Assembly: GCA_951406725.2 (NCBI GenBank)
Contig: OX597827.1
Coordinates: 71,362,001 to 71,426,000, forward strand
Direction of reading: 5' to 3'
DNA length: 64,000 nt
From: Octopus vulgaris
Taxonomy: Eukaryota
Shown here piece after piece: positions 26,166-38,631 of this stretch. Each line of letters starts with the position of its first letter. The first letter of the stretch is position 1. Under the pieces are notes generated by a model. It saw nothing but the letters and a program-made list of their open reading frames with translations, was not told the origin of the DNA and did not search any database. The position numbers were made by a program, and so were the translations under genes.

Positions 26166-27116
26166 TCACATTGGTTCCGTTCCCGTATGAATCTTTTTGT
26201 GACGAGATAAATGACTACTTACAGAAAAGTTTTTACCACAGATCTCGCAAGAATATGGTTTCTCTCCCGTGTGACTACGCTTGTGTGAAGACAAATCGCT
26301 ATTTTGACAAAATGTTTTGCCACAAATTTCACAGTAGTGCGGTTTCACGCCCGTATGAATACGTTTGTGTCGAATAAGACTGCTATTCTGAGAAAACGTT
26401 TTCTGGCAAATCACACACGTATAAGGCTGATCTCCTGTATGAATACGTTTGTGACGTGTCAAATCACTACTTTGCGTGAATACTTTCCCGCAGATTTCAC
26501 AGTGGAATGGTTTCTCCCCAGTGTGAACACGTTTGTGGCAAGATAAACTGTTCGCTTCGTTGAATGTTTTACCACAGACTTCACACTGGTGACCCTTATT
26601 CACACCGTGTTTCTTTTTGTGCATCGAGAAAGAACTGTTTCGAGTAAATCTTTCGCCGCAAATTTCGCACTGGAACCGTTTTTCTCCCATGTGATTCCAC
26701 TTGTGTTCGTTTAGCGTGCTTCTGCGAGATAGTCTTTGACCACAGATTTCGCAATGGTAAGGTTTCTCCCCCGTGTGAATCTGTACATGTCGGTTCAAAT
26801 CACAATTTTGGACGAAAGACTTTCCACAGATTCTACAATAAAACAGTTTATCATTTCCACGAAGAGTTTGGTGACAAGAGAAATTTTTAGTCTGAAATGA
26901 AGATTTCCAACAAATTCCATAAGGGTTTATTGCTTTCTTCTTCTGCAGGTCTTTTGGTAATAAAAGTTTATATGGAGGGAATGATTTACCACAAACTGCA
27001 CAAAATAAAACATTGTTGGTTATTTGGTTTGGCATCAAAGAGGTGTCTGAATCCACAGAGATGGTGTTACCACAGTCTTCACACTTTAACAACTGCTTCT
27101 TCTGTTTGTATTTCAT
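26166..27116 (-). CDS. C2H2 zinc-finger protein, 316 aa, single coding exon, 8 intact tandem fingers plus degenerate N-terminal fingers
   Basis: ORF 26166-27182 has eight CxxC-x12-HxxxH units with TGEKP-type linkers. The first ATG is at 27116 (taaccATG). A splice acceptor (ttccattctgcAG) ends at 27218, upstream of the ATG. Confidence 0.93.
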   Translation of the reverse strand: MKYKQKKQLLKCEDCGNTISVDSDTSLMPNQITNNVLFCAVCGKSFPPYKLLLPKDLQKKKAINPYGICWKSSFQTKNFSCHQTLRGNDKLFYCRICGKSFVQNCDLNRHVQIHTGEKPYHCEICGQRLSRRSTLNEHKWNHMGEKRFQCEICGERFTRNSSFSMHKKKHGVNKGHQCEVCGKTFNEANSLSCHKRVHTGEKPFHCEICGKVFTQSSDLTRHKRIHTGDQPYTCVICQKTFSQNSSLIRHKRIHTGVKPHYCEICGKTFCQNSDLSSHKRSHTGEKPYSCEICGKNFSVSSHLSRHKKIHTGTEPM

Positions 27117-28166
27117 GGTTAAATATCTTCTGAAATTAATTATGTTTTTTCCTAGAAGATGAGTTCTCAAAATTAAAAACACAGTACAATGGTTTATCTC
27201 AAGGGCCTAGAATAGTTCTGCAGAATGGAATAAAGTTAACAGGGTAAGAATTTAGGACACTTCAAATTATTGAGATTCCTCAAATTAATAACCGATGCTG
27301 GTGTGTTTACATCCCTGTAAGTTAGCGGTTTGGCAAAAGACACCAATAGAATAAGTACTAGGCTTACAAAGAATAAGTCCTGGGATCGATTTGCTCAACT
27401 AAAGGTGGTGCTCCAGTATGGCCACAGTCAAATGAGTGAAACCAGTAAAAGAATTGGTTTGTCAGGGAATCAAAACCATGATTTTGTCATTGTGAGCATA
27501 ACATCCTTACTACTAGACAATACACTTTATCATGTAGAACTTAAAAACACGAATAAATATTTTAAAAAAGTATCTTAAAATAATCTCTTTTCTTTAAACA
27601 ACAATTTTCCTATTGTTCACAGAAAATAATATTCTCTGCCTTTCATTCTAAATTCTCTCCATGAGCCTTTAAAACCAAGTTAAACATCAATTACTTCTTA
27701 AAGCTAAGATAAAAGCAACCACATATAAACTAATTTCATCTGAAATATTTGTATTAGTGAAATTTTAAACTGGCATCATTTTAACCCTGAAATAATTTCT
27801 TAATGCTAGCAACTATATTTTGCTGTAAAAACCAAACCAAGCCAAGCCAAGCCCCAAAATGGAATGTGAAATAAATTCCATAAAGTTCTATGAAAAAAAA
27901 ATCCCTAAATAAATGAAAAATAATAAACGGAGAGACGGGTCAAAATAAGAATGATGCAATTCCAGGTTGAAAGGAAAAGAGCAATATTTGTATTGCGTCA
28001 GGTTTTCGGTTACAATTCCATTTGCATCTTGAAAGCTTCCTAAGTATGTATCTATGGCCTTTTCTGTGCTGCCTCTGTTAATTACTTCCTAATTTTCTGT
28101 TCTTTGAGAGAGTAATTGCACTCAGTCAACTCCCAATGGTCTGCAGGTGCTTCAGTAACGTATTAC

Positions 28167-28334
28167 CTTTAATTGGTGTTTGGTTGCAGGATTACATGCT
28201 GTGTTTGGTTAGCATTCGGTTGCATGTTACTATTAATTGATGCTTCAGTCTTATAATATTTGGGTCTTCAAAATCATTGGAAAGTTTCACAATTTCGGAA
28301 GTTTTATTTTTACTTCTGATATTTACAGGATTTC
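28167..28334 (-). other. Probable 5' UTR exon of the zinc-finger gene
   Basis: Long poly-T tract followed by accttctAG acceptor at 28335 and an AAAG|GTAATA donor at 28166. Unique sequence containing only short upstream ORFs. Confidence 0.5.
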
Positions 28335-29777
28335 CTAGAAGGTAAAAAAAAAAAAAAAAAAAAAAAAAGATGTAATATAAGATTTTCATAGGGAGAATCA
28401 TCATCATCACTATTTCCCATGTCTACTCTTCCATGCTTGCTTGATTCAGAGAGAATTTATTGAGAAAGGTTTTCTATGGCTGGATGCCTTTCCTGCTGCC
28501 AACCTACACATTTCCAAGCAAGGTAATACTTTTCCTATGACCAAACAGAGATGCCTGTTTACAACCATCACATGATGTCAAATCAAAAGATACATCCCCA
28601 CACACACACACATGCACTCAAACAACACACACAAACACAAGATGATGAAGATATATATCCTTTCTACTATAGGCACAAGGCCTGGAATTTGGAGGAGGGG
28701 GATAGTCAATTACATCAACCCTAGTATAACTGGTACTTATTTTGTCAACCCTGAAAGGATGAAAGGCAAAGTTGACCTTGGCGGAATTTGAACTCAGAAT
28801 GTAAAGACGGATGAAATGCCATTAAGCATTTCACTCGGTATGCTCATGATACTATTTCTTTACTACCCACAAGGGGTTAAACATAGAGGGGACAAACAAG
28901 GACAGACATAGGTATTAGGTTGATTACATCGACCCCAGTGCGTAACTGGTGCTTAATTTATCAACCCCGAAAGGATGAAAGGCAAAGTCGACCTTGGCGG
29001 AATTTGAACTCACAACGTTGCAACAGGTGAAATACCGCTAAGCATTTCGCCCGACGTGCTAACGTTTCTGCCAGCTCACCACCTTTATGATGAAGATTTG
29101 TGCTTTCAAACAAAACACTTCATTTCACATTACACTGTGGGTGGGAGAGTGGCAAAAATCATTGGTGTGTCATTGGCTTTACGGTATATCTTTCGGCTCT
29201 CTGCATTCCGAGTTCAAATCCCACGTGCCTGGAGAAGGCAACAGGAAACCACTTCAGTATTCACCCCAAGTCTGGTCATGGTAGCCGAAGTTCCAGTAAT
29301 TTATTTAACAGCGGCAGGGGAGGGTAAGGGCCCTCCCAGGTCATATCGAGAGTGCTGGAGAAGGTTCACATGCACAGGACCTGCCCAGTGGCAGACCACT
29401 GCCAGACTAGACAAGATTACATAAATGTCGATGTTTTAAACATAAACGTCTGTGGCTGTGTGGTAAGTAGCTTGCTTACCAACCACATGGTTCCAGGTTC
29501 AGTTCCACTGCGTGGCACCTTGGGCGAGTGTCTTCTACAATAGCCTCAGGCCAACCAAAGCCTTCTGAGTGGATTTGGGAGTCGGAAACTGAAAGAAGCC
29601 CGTCATATTATATAGTAGTTGTATACTGTCAACCCAATGTGACAGTCCCACGAAGAGAATTACACCACTGCTATTTAGCCCTAGGAAGCAGCAACGCCTC
29701 CTGTCGGCCTTGACACATTTCCTGTGTCCTTATGTTTACAAGGGGGAGATAAGTACCTCCACCCAGCTAAGCCTGCA

Positions 29778-29820
29778 TCCAGAGACTAGTTTCTGAGTCA
29801 TTGCTCGTCATCAGTCTGGA
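29778..29820 (-). ncRNA. Minimal type-I hammerhead ribozyme candidate
   Basis: UCCAGA CUGAUGA c GAG caauga CUC a GAAA CUAG UC UCUGGA: perfect 6-bp stem I, intact core and palindromic ACUAGU stem III. Confidence 0.7.
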
Positions 29821-30539
29821 GTAGCATGGCCTTTTCTCTTTATTATAGGCACAATGGCCTGATTATATAGAGGGGACATAAGACAAACGGGGAACATAAA
29901 ACAAATGATGTATGATTGATGGACTGATTAACAAATAATGAGAATGAGGCGATTCGACTCACTCCCGCTGCGAGACGAACAGTGAATTTTTCACATTAAT
30001 TCTCATTACCATCTGGTCTCACTGTGAGGCAAAACCACGATGGTGTTCTTATCATTATCGTATAAAATGTATCATTAATTGTTCACATAGGTCTTTGTAT
30101 GTTCCTTTTCTATTTTATCTTTTTTCCCAAGCGTTACATTTTTCCTTTTTTTTTATTATTTATGTGTGTGTGTGTGTGTAAATGTTTGTGTGTCTGTATT
30201 TGTCCCCCCCAACATCGCTTGACAACCGATGCTGGTGTGTTTACGTCCCGTAACTTAGCGGTTCGGTAAAAGACACCGATAGAATAAGTACTAGGCTTAC
30301 AAAGAATAAGTGCTGGGGTCGATTTGCTCGACTGAAGCCGGTGCTCCAGCATAGCCACAGTCAAATGACTGAAACAAGTAATATATTGACCAATCATTTT
30401 TGTACTTTTTGAGATCTAGTTATGTTTTATAAAAATATATATTATTTGTTATTTATGTATTGGTTTATGTCTATCCTTGTTTGAGTTGCATAATAGTGGT
30501 TTTATCTCTAATTTATATTATATATATATATATATATAT

Positions 30540-30767
30540 AAAGGGTTAATTGCAACAAGTTGCTCAAAACCACATACCGAAAATATTAGAAATAGCAGCC
30601 AAATAGATCACTATTTCTCCTACTAATAAAAAAGTCTCCACAAACAAACAGAATTTGTAACCCGTATATGGTAAAGAGAAAGAAAAGGAGAAATAGTGAG
30701 CTATTTGGCTGCTATTTCTAATATTTTCGGTATGTGGTTTTGAGCAACTTGTTGCAATTAACCCTTT
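30540..30767. repeat. Inverted repeat with ~80 bp arms abutting (TA)n
   Basis: aaagggttaattgcaacaagttgctc...tatttctcct / aggagaaata...gagcaacttgttgcaattaacccttt. Confidence 0.9.
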
Positions 30768-30970
30768 ATTATAATTCATATAATTCTTAACAAATATGGT
30801 CTTTTCCATACCGAAAAATGTACTAGGTGAAATTTATTAATTTTATTAAATTAATTATATTTCATCCTTTTTGTATATTGAATACTATATGTGTATATAT
30901 ATATATATATTTCTTTAAGTATTAGAAATAGCTGAAGAAATTTCTTTAGCTGCTATTTCTAATGAGTTCA

Positions 30971-31005
<35 letters not shown>

Positions 31006-32111
31006 CTGTTGTGTCTGGGGAGAGAGAAATTATGCAAGCAACAATTACGCAACTGCACGCGCGCGCAAGACACCCACAGATGCAAATACACACACAATCA
31101 AATAAAACAAACAAATATATTTTGCATCAAACACCCACACACAAATTAATAAATACTTCCAAAACAATTTACACATGATAGGATGGTTACCCTATCACTT
31201 TTTAGAGGGAAACATTCATATTTTCTGTTGTGCGTAAATGAGGGAGTATATATGTCGTTTTGGCTCATTTTCATAACTTTTATAAATTAACATTTGTATA
31301 TATTAATTGTATGTGTGTGTATTAGTTTACGGCAGATCGCCTAGTTTACATACATAATATAAAAGAGCGGCATTTTGCATCTAGAATGAGTTTTGCATTT
31401 CTTTTACAAAGAAAATTAAGTAGATTTAGTTTAAAAAAGCCCAAAAAACTTATAATTCGGGGTTTTTTTAAGTAATAAGTATGAGCTTTTCCCAATAGCC
31501 TCTAATGTGTCCATTTGATCTGCTAGAAATTACAGCTAAATCTCCTTCAAATTCACAATTTGCTATCAGAAAGAAAGGATATATTGCATAATGTATTCCA
31601 AAAAACCACTATGCCTGAGAAGGAAAAAAGAACCCGGGGGGCCACGGTTGGAAAACTTTTGATCATGGTACTATTAGCGAATACCGGGACCAGTTTTCGC
31701 TAGTAGTACCCTTAATTAGGATTGACTTAGAGCGAAACAACAATATGAAAGAACAGTATTAATGACTGTTATAAATAAAAGTCTTTCTTAAATAATAAAG
31801 GGTCATAGAATTGAAAATAGGAATAACTCATTTATCGTTATCTCTCCCTTTCATCTCCTTTATGTTCTGTCGCCTTTCGTCTTTCCAGAAAAGATAAAAA
31901 TGTTATTTATGTCAAAAGTTAAGGCAATCTTTCGTTTGTGAGTTAATTCTAAAAAGTATGTTGTTAATAACACTCGGATTAAGTCAATTATCATAGACTT
32001 AATTTTAATCCAACTAATAATAGTTACAAGGTTCAATAAAGGCGGACTCCACATAAGTTGAAATTTATCCACTTTTCGCGGGATTTTTCCAATTTTTTTT
32101 TGTATCCCACA

Positions 32112-32420
32112 TTTTAAACGACGGAGGTGTGGAGCCTTTTTAAAACTATTTCCGTAAACCCAATTCAATACTTTTGATATGAAAATTTAAACAACGGAGG
32201 TGTGAAGCCTTTTAAAAACTATTTCCGTAAACCCAATTCAATACTTTTGATATGAAAATTTAAACAACGGAGGTGTGAAGCCTTTTAAAAACTATTTCCG
32301 TAAACCCACTTCAATACTTTTGATATGAAAATTTAAACAACGGATGTGTGAAGCCTTTTAAAAACTATTTCCGTAAACCCAATTTCCGTAAACCCAATTC
32401 AATACTTTTGATATGAAAAT
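32112..32420 (+). repeat. 73-bp tandem repeat, about 4 copies
   Basis: Unit tttaaacaacggaggtgtgaagcc...ttttgatatgaaaa, period 73 (32192, 32265, 32338). Confidence 0.92.
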
Positions 32421-33398
32421 AAAACTTAAGTATGTAAATAAGATAAAAAGAAATAATTACGAGAGAAGTTGGTGAATTCGGAGTTCAAATTCTAACGTCA
32501 ACTTTGTTTTTCAGCTTTTGGCGAATCGAATAAATTACCAGTTGAGTTCAGATTCGTCTTTCTCTCAAAATTGAATTATAGCATAAACTAGGACGGCAAC
32601 GAGAAGCCACGCGTGTTCTCCCACGAAAAATTCACATGAGTATTTGTCAAGATATTACCAGAGTTTGGTCGTTCATTCGTTGAGTAGATGATACGGGGAA
32701 TAACAGGAAAGTACAGGAGATGAAATAATGAAAATCCACGGCCCTGTGCTTGTGTAGGAAATATTTTTCTTTCTCAGACTCGCATTACTTTCCGACTTCC
32801 ACAACACGTGGCAAAGTTATCATCACCGCAAATCTTTAAAATTCCTCGTTTCATTTACTCCCTCTTTACCATATTGAAGAGACTTAAATCACTTTCAGGA
32901 ACCCCGATCTTCCAGTAATCACACACTAAACAAACAAGGTCCGGTCTTTCATTTGTAATAAATACAAAAAAAAAAACGGTTTTATAATTGCCGCCACGTG
33001 TTTTTACTGCCTGCAGAACAAACTAAGCGAGATTATTACATATTTCTGACATAACCAGTCGAGCGGAGTGCAATTCAATAGTCGTTTATTCTAGTTCTCG
33101 TTCATAATAATAATGAAATTACTGTATACAGTACACAGCTGTGGTGCACCTGCCAGTGACCATCTTTATGGCAGTGCGTGGTTCGTTATAGCTCCGTTCA
33201 CCTGAGGTTCGTTACCTCTGGAGCCAACAGGTGAAGTTAGAGCGGGATAAGAGTTCGCTATGAGCTGCCAGCTTCGCAGTGTTTCTCAGCGTAAAGGAAG
33301 AAAGAGGTGATTTTTATATTACCCACAAGGGGGCAATACAAAGACGCGTGGGGACATATAAAAACGGAGGGAAAAAAGGAAAAGAATAAAAAATTTTA

Positions 33399-33690
33399 GG
33401 AGCTTTTCGCTTTGACTGGCAGATTTTTCAAATAATTTCTTTGTAACTTAACTCTTTTAAACTTCGTATACTGGTAGAAATTGTATTCACCTCAATAGTC
33501 GTCGTTGATTGGTAGAAAATGCTGAAATGCAAGATATTAAACAACAAATAGCTTACAAACTACAGAATTTTCTCAAGAAAGCCAAGAGAAAAAGATGTTT
33601 TATGTGACATTCTACCAGTATACGAAGTTTAAAAGTGTTTAGTTACAAAGAAATTATTTTAAAAATCTGCCGGTCAAAGCGAAAAGATCC
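33399..33690. mobile_element. MITE with ~80 bp TIRs, GG...CC ends and a perfect 8-bp TSD (AAATTTTA); Merlin-like
   Basis: TIRs ggagcttttcgctttgac... / ...gtcaaagcgaaaagatcc. TSD at 33391-33398 and 33691-33698. Confidence 0.8.
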
Positions 33691-35183
33691 AAATTTTATT
33701 AAATGTATGATATGAATGATAATGAAAACGAGCTACTCGCTCCACCTCAAGCAGCATCACTTGTTTCCTTTTATCTTTTAAATTCCGAGTCCTTTAAAAT
33801 GTCTAAACCATATTTCCCGGTCAACTCCTCCTACTTTATATTGTCTGGTATCGTCTATAAATCGCAAATCACCTTCCAACACTTATAACCCCTTTTGAAT
33901 TTCAATATTTCGTCTTTTTTGGCTTTCGGACACCAGAACACATGAGTGCCATCCATCGATGTTTGTCCACCCTTTGACATGGACAAATCTTGCAGATTTC
34001 CAGTTTGTAATTTTGTTGAGCAGTTCCTTGTCCACACCTTCAACCACCATACACGCGAAACAATTTTCAGTGGGAAGAGGAGTTTGTTGATCCTCGAGTG
34101 TTTGTCATCATCATCTTCATCATCATCATCATCATCCATTTCCCATGCTAGCATGGCTTGGACGGTTCGACTGGGGTCTGGGAAGCCAGAAGGCTGCACC
34201 TGGCTCCAGTCTGATCTGGCAGTATTTTTGCAGCTGGATGCCCTTCCTAATGCCAACCACTCCATGAGTGTAGTGGGTGCTTTTTACATGCCACCGGCAC
34301 AGGGGCCAGACGAGGCTGGCAACAGCCACTATCGGTTGGTGCTTTTTACATGCCACCGGCACAGGGGCCAGAGGAAGCTGGCAACGACCACAATCAGTTG
34401 GTGCTTTTTACATGCCACCGGCACAGGGGCCAGGGGAGGCTGGCAGCGGCCACGATCGGTTGGTGCTTTTTACGTGCCACCGGCACGAGTATCACAACTA
34501 CAATTTCCATTTGATTTTTATTTTGATGGTGATGTTGACATACTTGACTCAATAGGTCTCCTCAAGCACAGCAGGTTGCCCCACAGGGTACTCTGAATGG
34601 GCTGTGGCAGCAGACAGCATCTACACTGAGGTGGGGAGGAGGCTGGTTGTCCCCAACATGATGAGGTGAAACTCCATCCATGTCTCTGTGATGGTCCTCA
34701 ACACCATCCAGGAGGCTAAGAGGCCTGTTCTCCACAGAGTCATGACCTAGTTGAAGGTCAACAGCTTCAATGACCAGGATGTTGACTTAATGAAGGAGTA
34801 TGCCAAAATAATTAATTAATTATAAAATAATATTGTAATATATTCTCTTTACTCTTTTACTTGTTTCAGTCATTTGACTGCGGCCATGCTGGAGCACCGC
34901 CTTTAGTCGAGAAAATCAACCCCAGGATTTATTCTTTAGAAGCCTAGTACTTATTCTTTTGGTCTCTTTTGCCAAACTGCTAAGTTACGGGGACATAAAC
35001 ACACAACCATCGGTTGTCAAGTGATGTTGGGGGGGACAAACACAGACACACAAACATATACACACACATACATATATATACGAAGGGCTTCTTTCAGTTT
35101 CCGTCTACCAAATCCACTCACAAGGTTTTGGTCGACCCGAGGCTATAGTAGAAGACACTTGCCCAAGGGGCCACACAGTGGGA

Positions 35184-35680
35184 ATGTGACTGTAGTCTCT
35201 ACAAAAAAGAAAGGTCTATATACCCTTGACTTAGTCATACCAAGACAAACATTCACTTTCGGTGAATCTTATTCCTGTTCCAGAAATTCAGGTGGTTTCT
35301 TGCTTCCCAAAATGTGACAGTTATGACGATTAACCTTTTCATGTGTGTGGAAGGTTGCTTGATAACTGAACAGAATTTTGTGGATTAAATCTGCACTTTC
35401 AATTTGATCATTAAGCTCTGATCTGCATGGATAATCCTCTTCTTGTAAGTTGGGAAAAGAATGTAATAAGCTTTTTTATTCAGATCACTTTGTAGGATTC
35501 TGTAGATTGATGCATGTGGAATTTCTAACATGTTAGCTACCCTGTGAGTTGGTAACTGCAGATCCTGTTCAAATGCTTCTTGAACCAATTCAATTTTCTT
35601 CTCCAGCTTTTTATGGATGTCCAGTTCTGCTCTCATTATGTACAGCCCCAGTTTTCTGAAATTTCATTTACAACTCACAA
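35184..35680 (-). mobile_element. Degraded Tc1/mariner-type transposase fragment
   Basis: HTH-like VANMLEIPHASIYRIL, followed by KVNRHNC and DSPKVNV motifs in shifted frames. Confidence 0.6.
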
Positions 35681-35815
35681 ATTGTCTTTACTCTTTACTA
35701 TTTTACTCTTTTACTTGTTTCAGGTCCTTTATCTTCTATGTTACCACATACATCTGTTCTTTTATGATCATCATCAGTTACTTGGGTTTCAAAATAAAAA
35801 GAAACAGTACACAAA

Positions 35816-36648
35816 TCTTCTCTCTATATATAAACGGCAGTTTGTCTGTCTGTGTGTCTGTCAGGTTGTACCCTCACCCTGACCACGGCTTTCAACCGAT
35901 TCTGATGAAACTTGACACACACATAGCCCAATGTCATAATTCAAAACTAACGCAGCAAAAATTTTGAAAAGTTCCCCCAGTTCTGAAAAAAATTAATAAA
36001 TTCGACATGGGGTCGAGAATCTAAGCTTTTTATATGCAACACATTTTCTGTTGTAGTTTTCGCAACTTGCAATTGATTTTCATCAAACTCATGGTGAAGC
36101 TTAATGTTACCCTAAGAAACTTAATTCTGATGTTAGTTTTCCATGCAATACCTTACCATCAGAAAAAATCGATAAAATCATGCCATTTTGGGAAATCGCA
36201 TTCAAATTCAAGATGACTTATTTTCGACAATATCTTTCACAAATTGGCAGGAAGTTTTTTTTTAATTCACAGCGAGATCATGTCTGCTCCAAGGAGCTAT
36301 ATGGTCCTTTTTATTCCAATAGGATACTTTATTACTGGAAAAAATCGGTTAATTAAATCATATGTGGCACACATAGCAAACCGATTTGTGTATTAAACAC
36401 AAACCACAGACTGTCTAGGGGACGCAACTCGACCTTTTTAACTCTCTTGGGAGGCACAATGATGTTTTCATGTTTTCGCCCAAAGGGACAGCTAGGAACT
36501 TCGTATACACAGAAGTATTCGAGTGAAGAGAAGACATTGCAACCTACACATGTGCCTTCATTCCCTAGGGGGAAAGGACTAGATTGGGATTAGTCGTTGC
36601 CTACTAGGGGCTCTTACATACTCGGGCAACGCCAGGCTATGCTGCTAG
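35816..36648 (+). mobile_element. Non-autonomous Helitron-like element
   Basis: A|TC 5' end with tctatatataaa and (ctgt)n, subterminal GC-rich segment ctcgggcaacgccagg (imperfect hairpin), and CTAG|T 3' end. No TSD. Confidence 0.7.
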
Positions 36649-37344
36649 TACTGACATAAATCAATTAATATTTTGTAAAAACACAAATTTGCTGATGACA
36701 GCATAGAAATATTTTTCTAAAAAAAAAAAAAAAAAAAAAATCACCAAAATAGATAATGGCTTTGTATATCTGTCTGTCTGTCATCAATCAATCATCATTA
36801 TCATCACCATCATTTAATGTTTGTAGTCCATGCCAGCATTATAACTCTTATATATGTGTGTGTGTGTGTGTTTGAATATGATCCGTCCATTTATCCATCC
36901 ATCCATGCATGCATGCATACATACATATATGCATGCATGCATACATACATACATACATACATACATACATACATACATACATACACACATATATCCCAGT
37001 GATTTTTCACTGGATGTGAAGTAGCAGTACTGTGGTGACGCATGACACGTGACGCATAGCAATACCATAGTGACATGTGTGGCAGATTATGTTTATATTT
37101 AGTATGCTTGTCTTTGACATATCTTTTATCTGTGTTTATTGTTTTAATTTTAGTTACACAGTTTATTTTTAATATAATCTCAGTCTCTGATAAATTTCTG
37201 ATGATGATATAAATGTGTGTGTGTGTGTGTGTGTGTGTATGTGAAATCAATCAGATAAGAGAAGTGAAGTGAGAGAATAGATGTTCATTGAATTAGTTGA
37301 CAGCTGTTTCGTAATGTGTATTAGTTACACAAGTGACGCTACAT

Positions 37345-37680
37345 GTATATAAATGAATATATAGAGAGAAGAATGAAGCTAGTATGCTCTACTGGATGTG
37401 CAGTGTCAGTGTAGATGTGCAACAGAGCCCTAGTGTACCAAGGGCAAAGTTAGACATAAGAGGAATAAGATGCAGCGGGCAAGAGAGAAGACTGAATTAG
37501 TCTGGTCAAGTGATGTGTATGGATCTAGACAGTTGCATATAGAAGTGCCAACCACTTAAAGTGGATGGAACTTGTGGAAGAGGGGGACCCAGGAAGACAT
37601 GAGATGAAGTACTGAAGGCTGATCTCAAGTCTCTGAACATTATGAAAGAGATGACAACGGAATGAGATGTGTTATTCTTT
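37345..37680 (+). mobile_element. RTE-clade LINE 3' fragment (degraded)
   Basis: Homologous by eye to 17480-17830 in the opposite orientation (GTCGRGGPRKT*DEVLKADL). Confidence 0.6.
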
Positions 37681-38045
37681 GCTGTTCCATCCACCACAGC
37701 AGAATTGATACTGATGCTGGTGCCATGTTAAATGCACTGGTGCTAGCACCACAGGAAAAGCACCCAGTCCAGTATGTAAAGTGGTTGGCATTAGAAAGGG
37801 CATCCAGCCAGAGAAACCATACCAGAAAACAATGAGACCTTGTGCAGTCCCCAGCCTTACCAGCTCCCGTCAAACTGTCCAACACATGTCAACATGATAA
37901 ACAGATGTTAAATGATGATGGTGATGATGATGATGATGTAGATGCTGCTGATGATGTGTGTGTGTGTGTGCATGTATATATGTATATATTACGGAGAAGT
38001 ACTTGCATAGCAAGTGGCCTGATCTGAGATCGTGTGCTGGAACGA

Positions 38046-38321
38046 AAACATTTGCAGCGTGGAAGGTGTTTATAAGCCATTTAAGAAACGCACACAAACC
38101 GTTAGATTCACTTCAAAGTTTAAATTTAATTAGCCAAAATATTTTCGTCGCTTTGAGACCGCGACCTGTTCACTGCAGCACAGAATTTTGTCAGTGAACA
38201 GGTCATGGTCTCAAAGCAATGAAAATATTTTGGCAAGTTAAATTTAAATGTTGAAGTGAATCTAACGGTTTATGTTTGTTTCTTAAATGGCTTATAAACA
38301 CCTTCCACACTGCAATTGTTT
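38046..38321. repeat. Long palindrome, ~130 bp arms, within a TA-rich tract
   Basis: tgcagcgtggaaggtgtttataagcc...cctgttcactg / cagtgaacagg...ggcttataaacaccttccacactgca. Confidence 0.9.
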
Positions 38322-38582
38322 ATATATATGCTAGCATGGAGAACGGATGTTAAATGACGATGATGATATATATATATATATATAATCACCTTCAAACAAT
38401 ATCTGGGCACATTTTACAAGAGATAACAGACATCTATATATTAATACATCAATACACACACACACAACAGAGACATGCACACACACAGACACAGACACAT
38501 ATATTTATTTATTTATTTAAACATACATATATACATACATATAGACACACACTTACCTACTCATACATACCCATACATACAT

Positions 38583-38631
<49 letters not shown>

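Noticed and set aside
27117-27182. N-terminal 22 aa of the 338-aa ZNF ORF
   Set aside because: Begins at a GTG called by the ORF track. The first ATG is at 27116.
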